Below, one piece after another: positions 25,685-38,920 of a DNA stretch of 64,000 nucleotides; position 1 is the stretch's first letter, and every line of letters starts with the position of its first letter. Source of the stretch: Octopus sinensis. Taxonomy: Eukaryota. The position numbers were made by a program, and so were the translations under genes. The notes beneath the pieces are model-generated. The model had not been told where the DNA came from and did no database searches. It saw only the letters and a list, made by a program, of their open reading frames with translations. The stretch covers positions 47,864,001-47,928,000 of the forward strand of contig NC_043013.1 in assembly GCF_006345805.1 (NCBI RefSeq). The letters are read 5' to 3'.

Positions 25685-27121
25685 GTACGTACGTACGTAC
25701 GTACGTACGTATGTATGTATGTATGTATGTATGTATGTATGTATGTATGTATGTTTTCATGCATGTATGTATACATGTTTGTGTGGACACATATGCAGAC
25801 ACCCAAATGTAAGAATCTTTTAAACATTTCTTTGGAATACGCATATGACTCTTTCTAAGTCTTCGTCCCCTCCTCTTTTTCCACTCCCCACCACCACCCC
25901 CTCCCACCATCTCTCCTCTCTTCTTCCTCTTCTGCTGTCATATGCACCTCTATATACAATGTAGCGTAGAAAGGGAGTGTTTATTGAATTACTGCATACA
26001 AATGTCAATAAATATTGTATCGTGGAAAAAATGGTGACATTACATTTTCAAGTAGAAATTGTGGCAAGTAAATTCTTGAATTCATCAGTCATTTCTTAAC
26101 TGTTTTTGTTGTTGTTTTTTTAATTGCTAAATATATTTCCTGTACTTCAAGATATACTTCCTAAGCCCACTATCACTTATAAGAATGACCTAAATTAAAA
26201 CTGTGACTAGTCTAAATATTTCATCTTCTTCATGCTTTATTTTTCTTGCTGAGAATCAAATTTGTAACTTAGTTTCCATGTATTCTCCATCAGTTTTTAT
26301 ATCTGTCTATATCTCATTTACATCTATTGTTACTGTAGTCTTTCACACATTTATTATTTATTCTTTACCAGCTTTTCTAATTTGTTTTAAAGTCAATTTC
26401 ATCGCTATTTTCATTGCTTCTCTTTCTGAACATTACTGTGAGTTCTAATAAATTCTTGTATTCTTTTTAGTCGCTTTTTGCTGTTAAAGTTATTACGGAG
26501 AAACTGAACTTAAGATTTTGTTGATTTCAGTTTTTTTTTTTCTTTAGAAAATTTTGTAAAGAGATTGTTACTCAGTTCTGCAAGTTCCCTAAATATCAAG
26601 CAAATGTTTCATCGATGTTGAGGTTCATGGTTTTAAGGCTCCGCATTAGGGGCCTCCTGGTAGGCTCAGTTAGCAGTGAATTTTGTCTTTAGAAGTTGAA
26701 ATATGTTCGACTATGCCTAAACACTGCACGGCGCTGACTGCTGAATTTCTTCCGATCTGACCGTCTAATAGCGCACCTCAGACAATGTTGTTAAATCTAC
26801 GGTTTTAAATCTGCCTAGAGTTACCGTTCGTCGGTATTTTCTATTGATAACGTCTTAAGAGGCAGAAATGCAGCGTCCGAGAATCCGCCATGAGGCACAC
26901 TCAGCCGATATTGGGTTTTTACGCCTTTTACTATTGGAGAGAATTTTTTCTCTAATGTAAATGTAGTGAATTTGTCTTTAGAAGGGGAAGTGAGCCACAA
27001 ACATATCTTAACTAGCGTAAAGTTCGCATATGTGTGTGTGTATGTGTGCGCGAGAGAGCTTGCGTGCGTACGTGCATGTGCATGTATGTATGTATATATG
27101 TATGTATGTACGTTTATATCA

Positions 27122-27199
27122 GGTCACTTTCGAGTGCTACTGGTAACATGTAACCCAGTACAACCTGTTGCATGGTCGGGTCGTCGGCGACTAAACCGG
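27122..27199 (+). ncRNA. Degenerate HDV-like ribozyme fold at the element 5' end
   Basis: Order P2 CCAGT - P3/L3 ACA ACCTGT TGC - P1' ATGGTC - GG - P4 GTCG..CGA - J4/2 CTAA - P2' ACCGG (ACTGG in the other copy). Confidence 0.35.
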
Positions 27200-27757
27200 C
27201 AACCCCACCAAGCTTGCTTGGTGAGGAGGGTGTTTATTGGACACCCTGCGGGATGAAAAACAAAACCCGTCAAAGGGCGGAGGAACTCTTGAGAGTCAAC
27301 GGCCATCCAATAAATATCTTAAGGCTGTATCATGCGCGGGGACATAGAAATAATCGGACTGAATACCCAATCGCGCGGTTAAACCATTGGGAGTGAAGGA
27401 CTCCTAGCCTTTGTTAGGGCATCTTTCTAGGAGAAGGTAACTCAGATAACTGGTATAACTCCGACATAAAACCTGCGGGTCAGTGGTTACCGATGATGTT
27501 GACTTGTTCTTCTTTTCGGATTATGGCTGCTGTTGCTTAGTGAGTGGGATTGACTCAGTGCACAGCCTTTCCTCACTTTAAAAAAAATCTTCTTGCACAG
27601 GCATTGCACGATAACAACATTGATTAAGCTTCGCGCAATGGCCATACTCGATAACGAGGGGGCAGCCACCATGTATGTATGTATGCATGCATGTATGTAT
27701 GTATGTATGTATGTATGTATGTATGTATGTATGTATGTATGTATGTATGTATGTATG

Positions 27758-27787
<30 letters not shown>
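27122..27787 (+). mobile_element. Non-autonomous RTE-derived element with (ATGT)n tail
   Basis: Inverted homologue of 4176-4699; 3' end ...cgataacgagggggcagccacc followed by ~115 bp of (atgt)n. Confidence 0.72.
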
Positions 27788-27788
<1 letters not shown>

Positions 27789-28092
27789 GTATGCAGGCCG
27801 TGATAAAACGATAAATCAGACCTCACTCCAATCAAGGACTGACTATATCGCAAACATAGGATATGCATATATTTCTCAAATTTTATTCACACATTACGAG
27901 TAACAACCTATTTCACTACTTAAACACAATCATCTTCACAGGTAAGAATTTCTAAACTATGAACGGATTGTGTTTATATAAGGAAATGGGTTGCGGTTTG
28001 TAAGACGTGAGTCAAAATCATACACACGAGCAGAAACACCGCCCTACGGGTGGTTTTCTGCTACTTAGATCTGGAGTGTGTATGTGTTTATA

Positions 28093-28490
28093 GAACCGTT
28101 AGCACGCCGAGTGAAATGCGTAGCCGTATTTCGTCAGTCGTTACGTACTGAATTCAAATTCCGCCGAGGTCGACTTTGCCTTCCATCCTTTCGGGGTCAA
28201 TAAATTAAATACCAGTTACCCACTGGGGTCGATGTAATCGACTTAATTCCTATGTCTGTCCTTGTTTGTCCCCTCTGTGTTTAGCCCCTTGTGGGTAATA
28301 AAGAAATACGTATTTCGTCAGTCGTTACGTACTGAATTCAAATTCCGCCGAGGTCGACTTTGCCTTTAATCCTTTCGGGGTCGATAAATTAAATACCAGT
28401 TTCGCTCTGGGTTCGATGTAATCGACTTAATCCGTTTGTCTGTCCTTGTTTGTCCCCTCTATGTTTAGCCCCTTGTGGGCAGTAAAGAAA
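28093..28490 (+). mobile_element. Dimeric/tandem family A SINE
   Basis: Second unit starts at cgtatttcgtc directly after ...taaagaaata; both units share variant bases. Confidence 0.85.
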
Positions 28491-28930
28491 CATATATTAG
28501 AGAGACAGTGAGTGTGCGTGTGTGTGCGTGAGAGAGAGGGGGAGGGCAGAGAGAATATTGAAAACAATGAATGAAATAAACATAAAATGAAAAAAAGTGG
28601 TCTAAATCAAAGGTCGTTAAAAACTATCGGCATTCTTTGGGTTGAACCCCCAGACATGCCAAAATGAACAGCTGGTTTTGTTCGTTAATTTCCGTAATTT
28701 TTCTTTTATTTATTAATTTACTTTTGTTTAAAAGTGAAAGAGAGGAGAAAGTGAAAGCTGTATGTACGTTTATATCAAATGGACATGTGTGTGTGTATGT
28801 GAGAGAGCGTGTGTGTGTGTATGTGTTACTTACACACCACTCTCTCCGTCTCGTGCACACACACACACACACACACAAACGCACACATACGTACCAAAGA
28901 GATGTATGTATATGTATTTATGTATGTATA

Positions 28931-29138
28931 CTCTTTACGCTTTTATTTGTTTCAGTCATTTGACTGTGGCCATGCTGGAGCACCGCCTTTAGTCGAGCAA
29001 ATCGACCCCGGGACTTATTCTTTGTAAGCCTAGTACTTATTCTATCGGTCTCTTTTACCGAACCGCTATGTTACGGGGACATAAACACACTAGCATCCGT
29101 TGTCAAGCGATGTTGGGGGAACAAACACAGACACACAA

Positions 29139-29179
<41 letters not shown>

Positions 29180-29320
29180 CGACGGGATTCTTTCAGTTTC
29201 CGTCAACCATATCAACTCACAAGGGTTTGGTCGACCCGAGGCTATAGTAGAAGACACTTGCCCAAAGTACCACGCAGTGGGAATGAACCCGGAACCATGT
29301 GGTTCGTAAGCGAGCTACTT
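28931..29320 (-). mobile_element. tRNA-derived SINE, family B (internal microsatellite)
   Basis: accacatggttccgggttc head, internal (TA)/(TG) tract, tail ggtgctccagcatggccacagtcaaatgactgaaac. Confidence 0.85.
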
Positions 29321-29363
29321 ATATATATACATGACAACACACTCCTTCACTCACTGACTCTCC

Positions 29364-29439
<76 letters not shown>

Positions 29440-30832
29440 TACTTAAATGTGTACAAGCGTACATACAAAAATACAATTGACTACAAATGTATAGAGCTGA
29501 ACACGGCGTGCAAAATGTAAATAAAGAAAAAAATTTACGGAAATTAACGAAGTGAGCGGGTTCAAACAAAAGAAGGATGAACTATCTTGTACCGAATATT
29601 TAAATTTGTGAACTTGAAATACTCAATAATGAAAGGAAGTTCAGAAAGTAAATTTTCCTGAAAACTTCAATTCATAAAAAAATCTCACTTGCTTGGTAAA
29701 TGTTTCTTTCAGTAATTTATTCGTAGTTGTAATATATCTGTAATGTAAAGAAACTTCAAGGTAACCCTAGCACATTTAGCGTGCTAGAAATAGCAGCGAT
29801 CACATATTGTAAGCGTTCCAAACACCAACCAACAAAATCACTTTTTTTCTTTTTAAATTATAACCTGTACTATATCATAGAAACCTCAAAGTTATGCAAC
29901 TATTTTGTCTAATAGCATTCATTCATTCAATAAATAATATCTTATTACATATATAGAATAAACTGTGGGTTTTGGAGATAGCAATTAAAACTTGAAATGG
30001 AAACATTGAAGTGAATATATACTAAATTATCATTAATGAAAACAGAGGCGAGAGAGAGTGAAAGACTGTTGCAAATGAAAACGGAAAACTTCGCCTGCAA
30101 CGTGTTAATATTGCTTGTGAAATCTACTCTGCAATGAATGCAACAAATATATAAATTAGAGGAAAACTTCTAGTTCAAATATTCAATAAACTTCAGAAAT
30201 TGAAATTTACAGGAAATTTCTTGGAACATGAATTTATAAAAAGTTTCCAGATGGTGAAGCCTTTAAGAATTGCTTTCTTTTAGTAGATGTTACATACCCG
30301 AATAAGCAGCTTTCTCCATTATATTACAGATGCAAACCGAAACTTGTTGTAGAGGCTTAATGTGTTCGCTACTTTTTGTGTATGTTAATTTATTTCAGGT
30401 CCTTTTCAATGAATTCCAGGTCTTCAGTCAAGGACACTACCAACTAGCCAATTGTTATGGTATTACGATTTAAATGGCTTATACGCTTAAGGTACTCTTA
30501 AGGTAAACCAGCGTGTAACAAAGTCAGCATTTTGAATTACATGTGCAGACTTTAGGAGAAGGCACCACACATTTTCTGTCTCCAGGAATTCTTTTACAAA
30601 AACTTGCCCTCCCAGACGCTGTGTTTTTTGTGCCCAAAACCAGTCTGAGATTTTCTCTAATGGTCTCTACAGCAGTGTAGTCCGTCCACGTTTAAGTGAC
30701 GATAAATATTACATTAATACTGCCTCTATTGCTAATATATAATTTTTACACAAGATTAGGTGCAGTAGTTTGAAACCGGAGCTTCGTGAGTTCAATGTAC
30801 ACTTCATACGTGCCATATACCGGTGATCACGG

Positions 30833-30906
<74 letters not shown>

Positions 30907-30959
30907 ATATATATATATATAATTATATATATATATTTATATATATATATTATATTATT

Positions 30960-31252
30960 GACTCTCCGTCGTTAGACGACGTATGAGGGTTTGGCAATTT
31001 CTTGCCGAAAAACCACACAGATGACTTTTGTTTTATAGCGATAAAATGTTTGTGTACACATAAGCTCACTCCCTCCCTCAAATCGACATTACCTGTACAG
31101 GTGCGCCATGCAGTATATGCCAGATGACAAAATGATCACAGAACAACGTAAAATGAAGTGCCTTGCTCAAGAACACAACGTCCAGTCTGGGAATCGAACA
31201 CACGATCTTGCAATCGTTAGTGCAACACCCTAACCACTAATTATGCGCCTTC
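30960..31252 (-). mobile_element. tRNA-derived SINE (family C-related head, different tail)
   Basis: gaaggcgcataattagtggttagggtg...gttcgattccc...gttcttgagcaaggcac on the minus strand. Confidence 0.75.
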
Positions 31253-32139
31253 ACACACACACACACACACACTTTATATATTTGTATGTATGTTTGACTG
31301 TATGTATGCGCATGTGTGTCTGTGAGTGTGTAATGCCGTAAGGTAATGCCGCAATCTCTTAGTTATTGAAGTAAATGTGTGTCACTGAACTTACGAGAAA
31401 ATTTCTGAAAAGCTTTGTGGCCAGTGGTTTTCGAAATTTCCCCTAATGTATTGTTATCACTAATTAGAACATCATGCTTTTTATGACAGTTAATAATGTG
31501 GAAACATGCCCGAAAGACATGGGGATTTTCTGTAAGACGGAACAGCATAGAATAACCTCATTTATTTATCTATTTATTATTTGTCTGTCATAAATTGCTG
31601 GATAGCTGCATAATTATTGTAAGCACCAGGTTTAAGCTGTTCTTTATGTGCGAAACTTTACCTACTGATTAACGTAAATAGTGGATGACATGGGCACAGG
31701 TTCTTTGAAATGTATCACTGAAATCGCTACAAGGCTTCAAAACAGAGTGAAGCAAAGATTGATAATGAAAGCTTATATGGCTGTTTCCACATACACTCTG
31801 CACCAATCTGTCAAATTTTCTTTAGGGATCATCACTGGCATGTAATGATGTGAATCAACTGACTGATTGATATGGGGACACGCTGCGCTTTTATAGTTTG
31901 CTATTCATTTCCGGACACACGTACACATGCTCAAACAAGATCTACACACAATCGCGCATTCATACGTGCACATGTACGCTGGCATAAACCTATATGTACA
32001 AGCAGCTCGCCATATTACACAAAACATACTTTCACAAAAAATCATTTATGGGCATCATTTTTAAAATCCCCATAGACGTCTACTTACGAAAACTATAAAT
32101 ATCTATACAGAATCAATACTTCGTTACATATACGCTCAC

Positions 32140-32145
32140 ACCCGC

Positions 32146-32215
<70 letters not shown>

Positions 32216-32266
32216 TGTATGTATATATGCATGTATATATATATATGGTGTATATATATATTTATA

Positions 32267-32300
<34 letters not shown>

Positions 32301-32576
32301 CAACACACAAACAATAACAAAAAGCCAAGCATACGCATATAATTATGTTTAAACACTCCTTAAATACATACATACAAACATACATACATACATACATACG
32401 TACATACATACATACATACATACATGCATGCATGCATGCATACATACATACATACATACATACATACGTACATACATACATACATACGTACGTACATACA
32501 TACATACATACATACATACATACATACATACATACATACATACATACATACATACATACATACATACATACATACA

Positions 32577-32606
<30 letters not shown>
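32140..32606. repeat. (TA)n/(ATGT)n then long (TACA)n microsatellites
   Basis: Direct reading. Confidence 0.95.
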
Positions 32607-32607
<1 letters not shown>

Positions 32608-33657
32608 TTACATACCATAAGACTATGCCTCTGTTCATGGCATTAAGTGATATTCCAGTCGATGAACTTTCGCCTTCGGTCACAGTGGGGCGGGCTTGTG
32701 ATTCTTTTAGTGTCACATGGGCAAACGAAATGAAATTCTATCATTTTCACCGAATCCATTTTCTCATTTTAGAACATTCGCTTCCAGTTGAGTTGGCAAT
32801 AAATAATTGTAATTTCTATAAATTACAGACTTTCGTTCAAAACCTATCGCCACCTTTGCAAAGCAGCAAACTTAGCCTAACGTCTATTAACATTAGTTTG
32901 CTTTAATTGCTATCACTTCGGGCAATATTCTACGGAATTTAATACAGGAGTAAAGCAAAAGAAAAGCTAACAAAGCCACGCATATCAAAGATTACATTGT
33001 ACAGATTCTTTAATACGTGTGTTTATATAGTTAGGGGCATTAAATGAACAGACTTTAAGCATTCGGCTCTTTCTCTCGAGTTGTATAGAGGGGCTGGAGG
33101 AGAAATACCTTACAGCAGGTGCTTGCTGATCGTGTCTACTCTTAATGACAGTCGAAAAAATCTGAAGAGATCGACAAATAAACATAAGAATGATAGGAAT
33201 TAACAGATTTACCGAGATTAAATTATCCGTTAAATAAACGTGTGTTGTTGAAGAACAACTAGATAGATTTTGCTTCGTTACACAATCAAAAGAGTGAGCT
33301 TAATTTAAGAAAATCTAATTAGATATCGAAAGAAAATATACTGAATGGGAAAATTATGATGAAAGACATTTACAAAGTTGATACAAGGAGATAATTTCAG
33401 TCGATTTGTCAGTTCGGTTCTAGTTTTAGGTGCAATTATTAGTACTAGGAGTAAAATCAAGACAAATAGAGTATAATCGATGGCTAACATCTTTAAAAAT
33501 ACATACAAATATTTTTTCTGTGTTTTCTGAGAGGAGTTACGTGGTATTTTAGTAGAATAGATAGTATTTTAGAAGTTACGCGCACGTGTTCATGTATATT
33601 CATATCTTTCTCTATGTCTGTTTATGTGTTTGCATAACTATCTGCGTGAGTTAGTGA

Positions 33658-33715
<58 letters not shown>

Positions 33716-34033
33716 CCTTCCGATATATGCACGTTTATACATTTCTTATGTAATTAAATTTAATCTCACCAACATAAGTTTCTCTACTTCCGCCCGTCGT
33801 TCGTTAAGCGAGGTTCAATGATTTCCAAGGGAACAGATCAGAGGCGATGAGTGGGGGTGTATTTGCAGCATTAATTTCTCTAATATTGCAGAAGCTATAC
33901 TTTTCTTAACTTTAATAAAATTATTGTAGAGGAAAAAGCAAAACCAGAATATATTTGGATACTTGAAATACCTTTTACTCGGGACATTTTTCTTTAGCTT
34001 TCACCAGAGTGGCTAGCTGGGAAAGGATACGAA

Positions 34034-34306
34034 CATGGGCCCGGGAACAGGGGGTGCAGGTGGTGCAAGCGCACCCCCTAGAATTTTTGTGGAGTGCAGA
34101 ACCAAAATTTGCAGCCCTACTTATTTTTTTCGAGTTTAGAAAACGGTAAATAAAAAGAGATGTGTAAAAAGTAGCTTGAAGTTAGGTTCCTTCTCAAAGA
34201 ACAAAACAAAAATAACAAAAAATAAATAAATAAATAAGACCTTGTTTGTAAATATTTTTGGACCTGGGTTTGCACCCTCTAAGAAAATTTCATTCCCGCG
34301 CCAGTG
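34034..34306. mobile_element. hAT-type MITE, 273 bp
   Basis: Imperfect TIRs catgggcccgggaa / ttcccgcgccagtg; 8-bp TSD gatacgaa / gataagaa (7 of 8 match). Confidence 0.7.
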
Positions 34307-34774
34307 GATAAGAACCCATTTTAGGTCATAAATGAACATCCTTTTCTTGATGGTAAGAATTAACGACAGCCGTAAAATAGAAATCAAACGCCTGGTTAAT
34401 TGAATTGTTATTCCAAGTTCGATTCCCGAAGTACTTCTTTCGCCGCCATAAATAAGAAATAAATGACGTTTGATTTACTTGATAGCAAACCTAGTACGGA
34501 TTAAGATCAAACCAAACTAATTCGAAGGTTAATAGTTGTATTCAGTTTGTATTCACAGTTGTTGATTTACCCGTGATATTGATAAATAATAATGTTTTTC
34601 TACCGTTCCACTTCATAGGAAATTTTCGTCGCCCACATTTTGGTGCCGATTGGAAATGATTTCTTCAGTTGAAAATCAGTTTGTTATATATTTTATTTGA
34701 ATTTTTACGATGCAGCTTCATTGCAACAATATTCAAATATTAATAGTATTTCCTTGAGGAAATTTTAGCCGAGG

Positions 34775-34926
34775 GAATCGATCCCACTGCTTATTTTTTA
34801 AAGCCTGTTACTTATTCTATCGGTTCCTTTTGTCGAACTGCTAGTTACGGGCACATAAACACACCGGCATCGGTTGACAAGCGGGGTGGGGGAAACACAC
34901 ACACACATATACACACACACGCATGA

Positions 34927-34957
<31 letters not shown>

Positions 34958-35111
34958 TATATACGACAAGTTTCTTTCAGTTTCCGTGTACCAAATCCAC
35001 TCACCAGGCTTTGGTCGATCCGATACTTGCCCAAGGCGCCACGCATTGGGGCTGAACCTGGAACCATGTGGTTGAAAAGCAAACTTCTTAACCCACACCC
35101 ACGCCTGCACC
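34775..35111 (-). mobile_element. tRNA-derived SINE, family B
   Basis: Same head and core as 43496-43920. Confidence 0.8.
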
Positions 35112-35322
35112 TAGTATGTCAGCGAATTACCCATAAAAGTTGATATTTCTAACCGTACGAACTCTGACAAAAGTACTTTTGGGAACAATGCACGTTGAAA
35201 ATTTTGGAGTTCTTTCAAGAACCACGCATATTAAAACTTTTCTTTATTTTGAAGCTGAGAATATCTACATTATTTACATTATTTACATTCGACGGATATT
35301 TGTCCTCATCTTGTTTGTTGTT

Positions 35323-35368
35323 AACACAACGTTTCGGCTGTTATACCCTCCAGCCTTCTTCAGGTGTC
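35323..35368 (-). ncRNA. Minimal hammerhead ribozyme motif (left arm)
   Basis: GACAC CTGAAGA A GGCTG gagggtataa CAGCC GAAAC GTT GTGTT on the minus strand. Confidence 0.7.
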
Positions 35369-35440
35369 TTGGGGAAATTTCGAACCTGGGTTCTCATTCC
35401 TAAGGTATTTTTCGATGCTGTTGTTGTTATTATTGTTATT

Positions 35441-35497
<57 letters not shown>

Positions 35498-35704
35498 GAG
35501 GTCACTGCTTAGAATCGAACTCGGAATCTTGGGGTTAAGAGCGCGGATACTAACCCCAAGATTCCGAGTTCGATTCCAAGCAGTGACCTCAACAACAACA
35601 ACAACAACAACAACAATAATAATAATAATAATATCAATAATAATAACAACAGCAACATCGAAAAATACCTTAGGAATGAGAACCCAGGTTCGAAATTTCC
35701 TCTA

Positions 35705-35750
35705 GACACCTGAAGAAGGCTGGAGGGTATAACAGCCGAAACGTTGTGTT
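35705..35750 (+). ncRNA. Minimal hammerhead ribozyme motif (right arm)
   Basis: GACAC CTGAAGA A GGCTG gagggtataa CAGCC GAAAC GTT GTGTT; intact core, palindromic AACGTT helix III. Confidence 0.7.
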
Positions 35751-38519
35751 AACAACAAACAAGATGAGGACAAATCTCCGTCGAATGTAAATAATGTAAA
35801 TAATGTACATAATTCCTCATCTCTTAAATATAGAACTGAGAATATCAGCTCTCACCTAATTTTATGGAGATTATTGTACGCACAACCTACTGGCCAATAC
35901 ATTTTTATCCATTTTCTTTTCAGTTGTTAAAATATCCAAAACCTTCAGATGCTGTTTTGTTAACTTGCTTTCTCATTTTCAACTTACCCTCTAACTTCTA
36001 ATTATCTATCATTTGTATATTTTCGTAGCACTTGTCTCATCAGCGGTCTGTTTATATTCCAGCAAAGTTTGAATTATTTGGCAACGAAATAATTCGATGC
36101 GGGATTACTTTCTCCTCACCTGTTATGTTAGACTTTCTAGATATCATACTGTTAGATCTTTCCTTGCCTCTTGATGATATTAACACATATCATTATCCAG
36201 TGCAATACATTTATTCATAAGCTCTATCAGCATTCATATGTTTCGTTCTCACAATTGATTTACTGTTTTATCATTCTAATGCAGTTGTTTCAATTTTGTT
36301 CTGTTACTTATTCTGCTGATGATGTAGCCAGAGATTAATTGTAAACTTTCCAAAATGTTATCCTTCCTCACAGGAGGCACCTGTCTTTGAGATGATAGAG
36401 ATATATTCGATTAAAATCTGGCTAATAAACATCATCATAGCTAACTTCGCTATCCACTTTGTGAATGTGTCTCTGCTCAGTTGACAAATTTATTAAAATG
36501 ATATGGTTTGTTCTTTGTAGCATGACTCTTATGTCCATTAAAAGACTTTCTGAATCTGAATTATATAAAAAAAAAAAAGAAAAATATGACATGATGTGAT
36601 TTGAGTGAACTTTGACTATTATTTCTAGGAGCATTCGAGTGGCTACTATGTACAGGCCCGCTCATGTGATGGAAGGGTCATATGCTACTCTAATACTTGC
36701 TAACACTAATATATTATATATATTATATATATATACTACCATACATACATACATACATACATACATACATACATACACACATACATACAAACTCATACAA
36801 TACATACATACATACATACATACATACATACATACATACATACATACAAACTCACATACATATAATCGTATACATACATAAATACATACGTACGTATATA
36901 TAATGCAGTAATTGGTTAACGACTCTTCATACGGGATATCCACCAAAGGAGGATCAGACCTACTTGCTTGATATTCAAAAGAATGTGACAGGATCTCCTT
37001 TTTACATCTTTGACGAAAGCGCATTGAGTTAAATAAAATACTCTCCTGTGTAATTTGGAACTCAATCTTAGATACAATTTCCTGCGAACTCGTTTGAACT
37101 CAATGGTTTGATATATGCCCGTGTGTGTATTTCTGTATGTCTATACAGGGAATCCTCCAGTCATTTATATGTTTTATACATATAAATGAAATACAATGTG
37201 GGAAACATATCTTAAATTCAAGGCAGTGCAGTTTAGATATTCGACTGGATGTAATTTTAGATCAACACATTCAACATCAGATTTCATTTATTTCTAATGC
37301 TATAATATTGAGACAAAAACAGCTTACTGCTATAGAGAAAATATTTCTTGGTTTACGCGCTAAGAACATTTGCATATCAGTGTTCTTGCGAGACTTTCAG
37401 AGAGAGCAATAATACACCAATACACTGCTAATCAGAATTGTCCATTGTATTACCATTATATATAAATATATTTGAGGTGTGTATGGACGAAAGAGATAGA
37501 GAAAAACCGATATATGTGTGTGTACATGCGTATGTGTGTATGTGTGTTTCTATGTGTGAATCTATGTATATATGTATATTAAATAGTATTTACGATTCAG
37601 AATACACCCAAAGTTATCTTGTATTGGAATTAGATTATACAATAAATTACTCGAAGTAAGAAGCACATAAAACTGTCTAAAATTGCATGTAAATACAGTA
37701 TGTAAACATATGAATATGTAAATATTAAAAATTATGTGTGTAAACGTGTAGAGATGTGAATATTATGCATGTATGCGTCTATGCAAGCAAATAATAAACG
37801 CATTATAGAAAAAAATTACATCAGTTCTACTAATTATTCTTTACATATTTGTTTATCGAAAGCCATGCGCAAACCCAAGAGAACAATATCTTTGTTACAT
37901 GTGTAAAGTATCCAATAACCTCTGACCGTTATTGGGTTTTTGAAAGTAGGCGTCTTGAATAGGACACGTTGTTTAAAAGTCAGCTAAGCTCTGCTAAAGA
38001 ATGATAATATTATTGCATTGTTATCAACAACTAAAACAAAGCCAGATAAAACAGAACCGTTTCATTTGTTTATACACTCCATCCAACTGTTTTACAGTAA
38101 TGATGGGATTTTATTTACATTGAGTATTAATTTTTGCTAGGACCGATCAGTATATTGCCAGTGGGGGTTTTCGTTGTACAGATCCATTAATTAGAAAAAG
38201 TTTCAAATTGAAAAGGCTTTCAGTTTGCTTTATATTTCAATCAAATATTTCCATTAAAATGAGTCTTGTTGATAAGCTAAACAATGTAAATTGTTCTTTG
38301 TTTCTATGCATGCTTGTGTATGCGTGTATAGATGTAAGTTTGTTAATCGGAGATGGGGTCTAAATGTGAGGGATGAAAACAATGTGAGTGAGGAAATAGA
38401 AGGGGAAGGAAAAAAAAAACACAAACCTTGTGAAGAATGTGTGCATGCACATCAATATGAATTTTAGTGGCTTCAAAGAAAACTGTCAAAAACTATTCCA
38501 ATTGTGTGTTATGCATATA

Positions 38520-38920
<401 letters not shown>

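Larger units (their letters stand above)
35266..35835. mobile_element. Foldback element: tRNA-like head + (CAA/TAA)n + Penelope-type hammerhead tail, present as an inverted pair
   Basis: Arms 35266-35537 and 35551-35807 are near-perfect reverse complements around a 13-nt spacer; 11-bp TSD ctgagaatatc at 35255-35265 and 35836-35846. Confidence 0.85.

Noticed and set aside
28093-28490. CRISPR-like or other regularly spaced repeat-spacer array
   Set aside because: Repeats here are SINE units or microsatellites; no constant repeat with unique spacers appears anywhere in the window.
30400-30700. Short open frames that might be host exons
   Set aside because: Weak splice signals and no recognisable protein similarity.
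35195-35709. Signal-peptide-like poly-Leu/poly-Val ORFs
   Set aside because: They arise from the (GTT)n/(CAA)n tracts within the foldback arms.
36960-37030. Possible hammerhead relic (tcaaaag..ctttga-c-GAAAGCGC)
   Set aside because: The CUGANGA box is not recognisable and helix I is absent.
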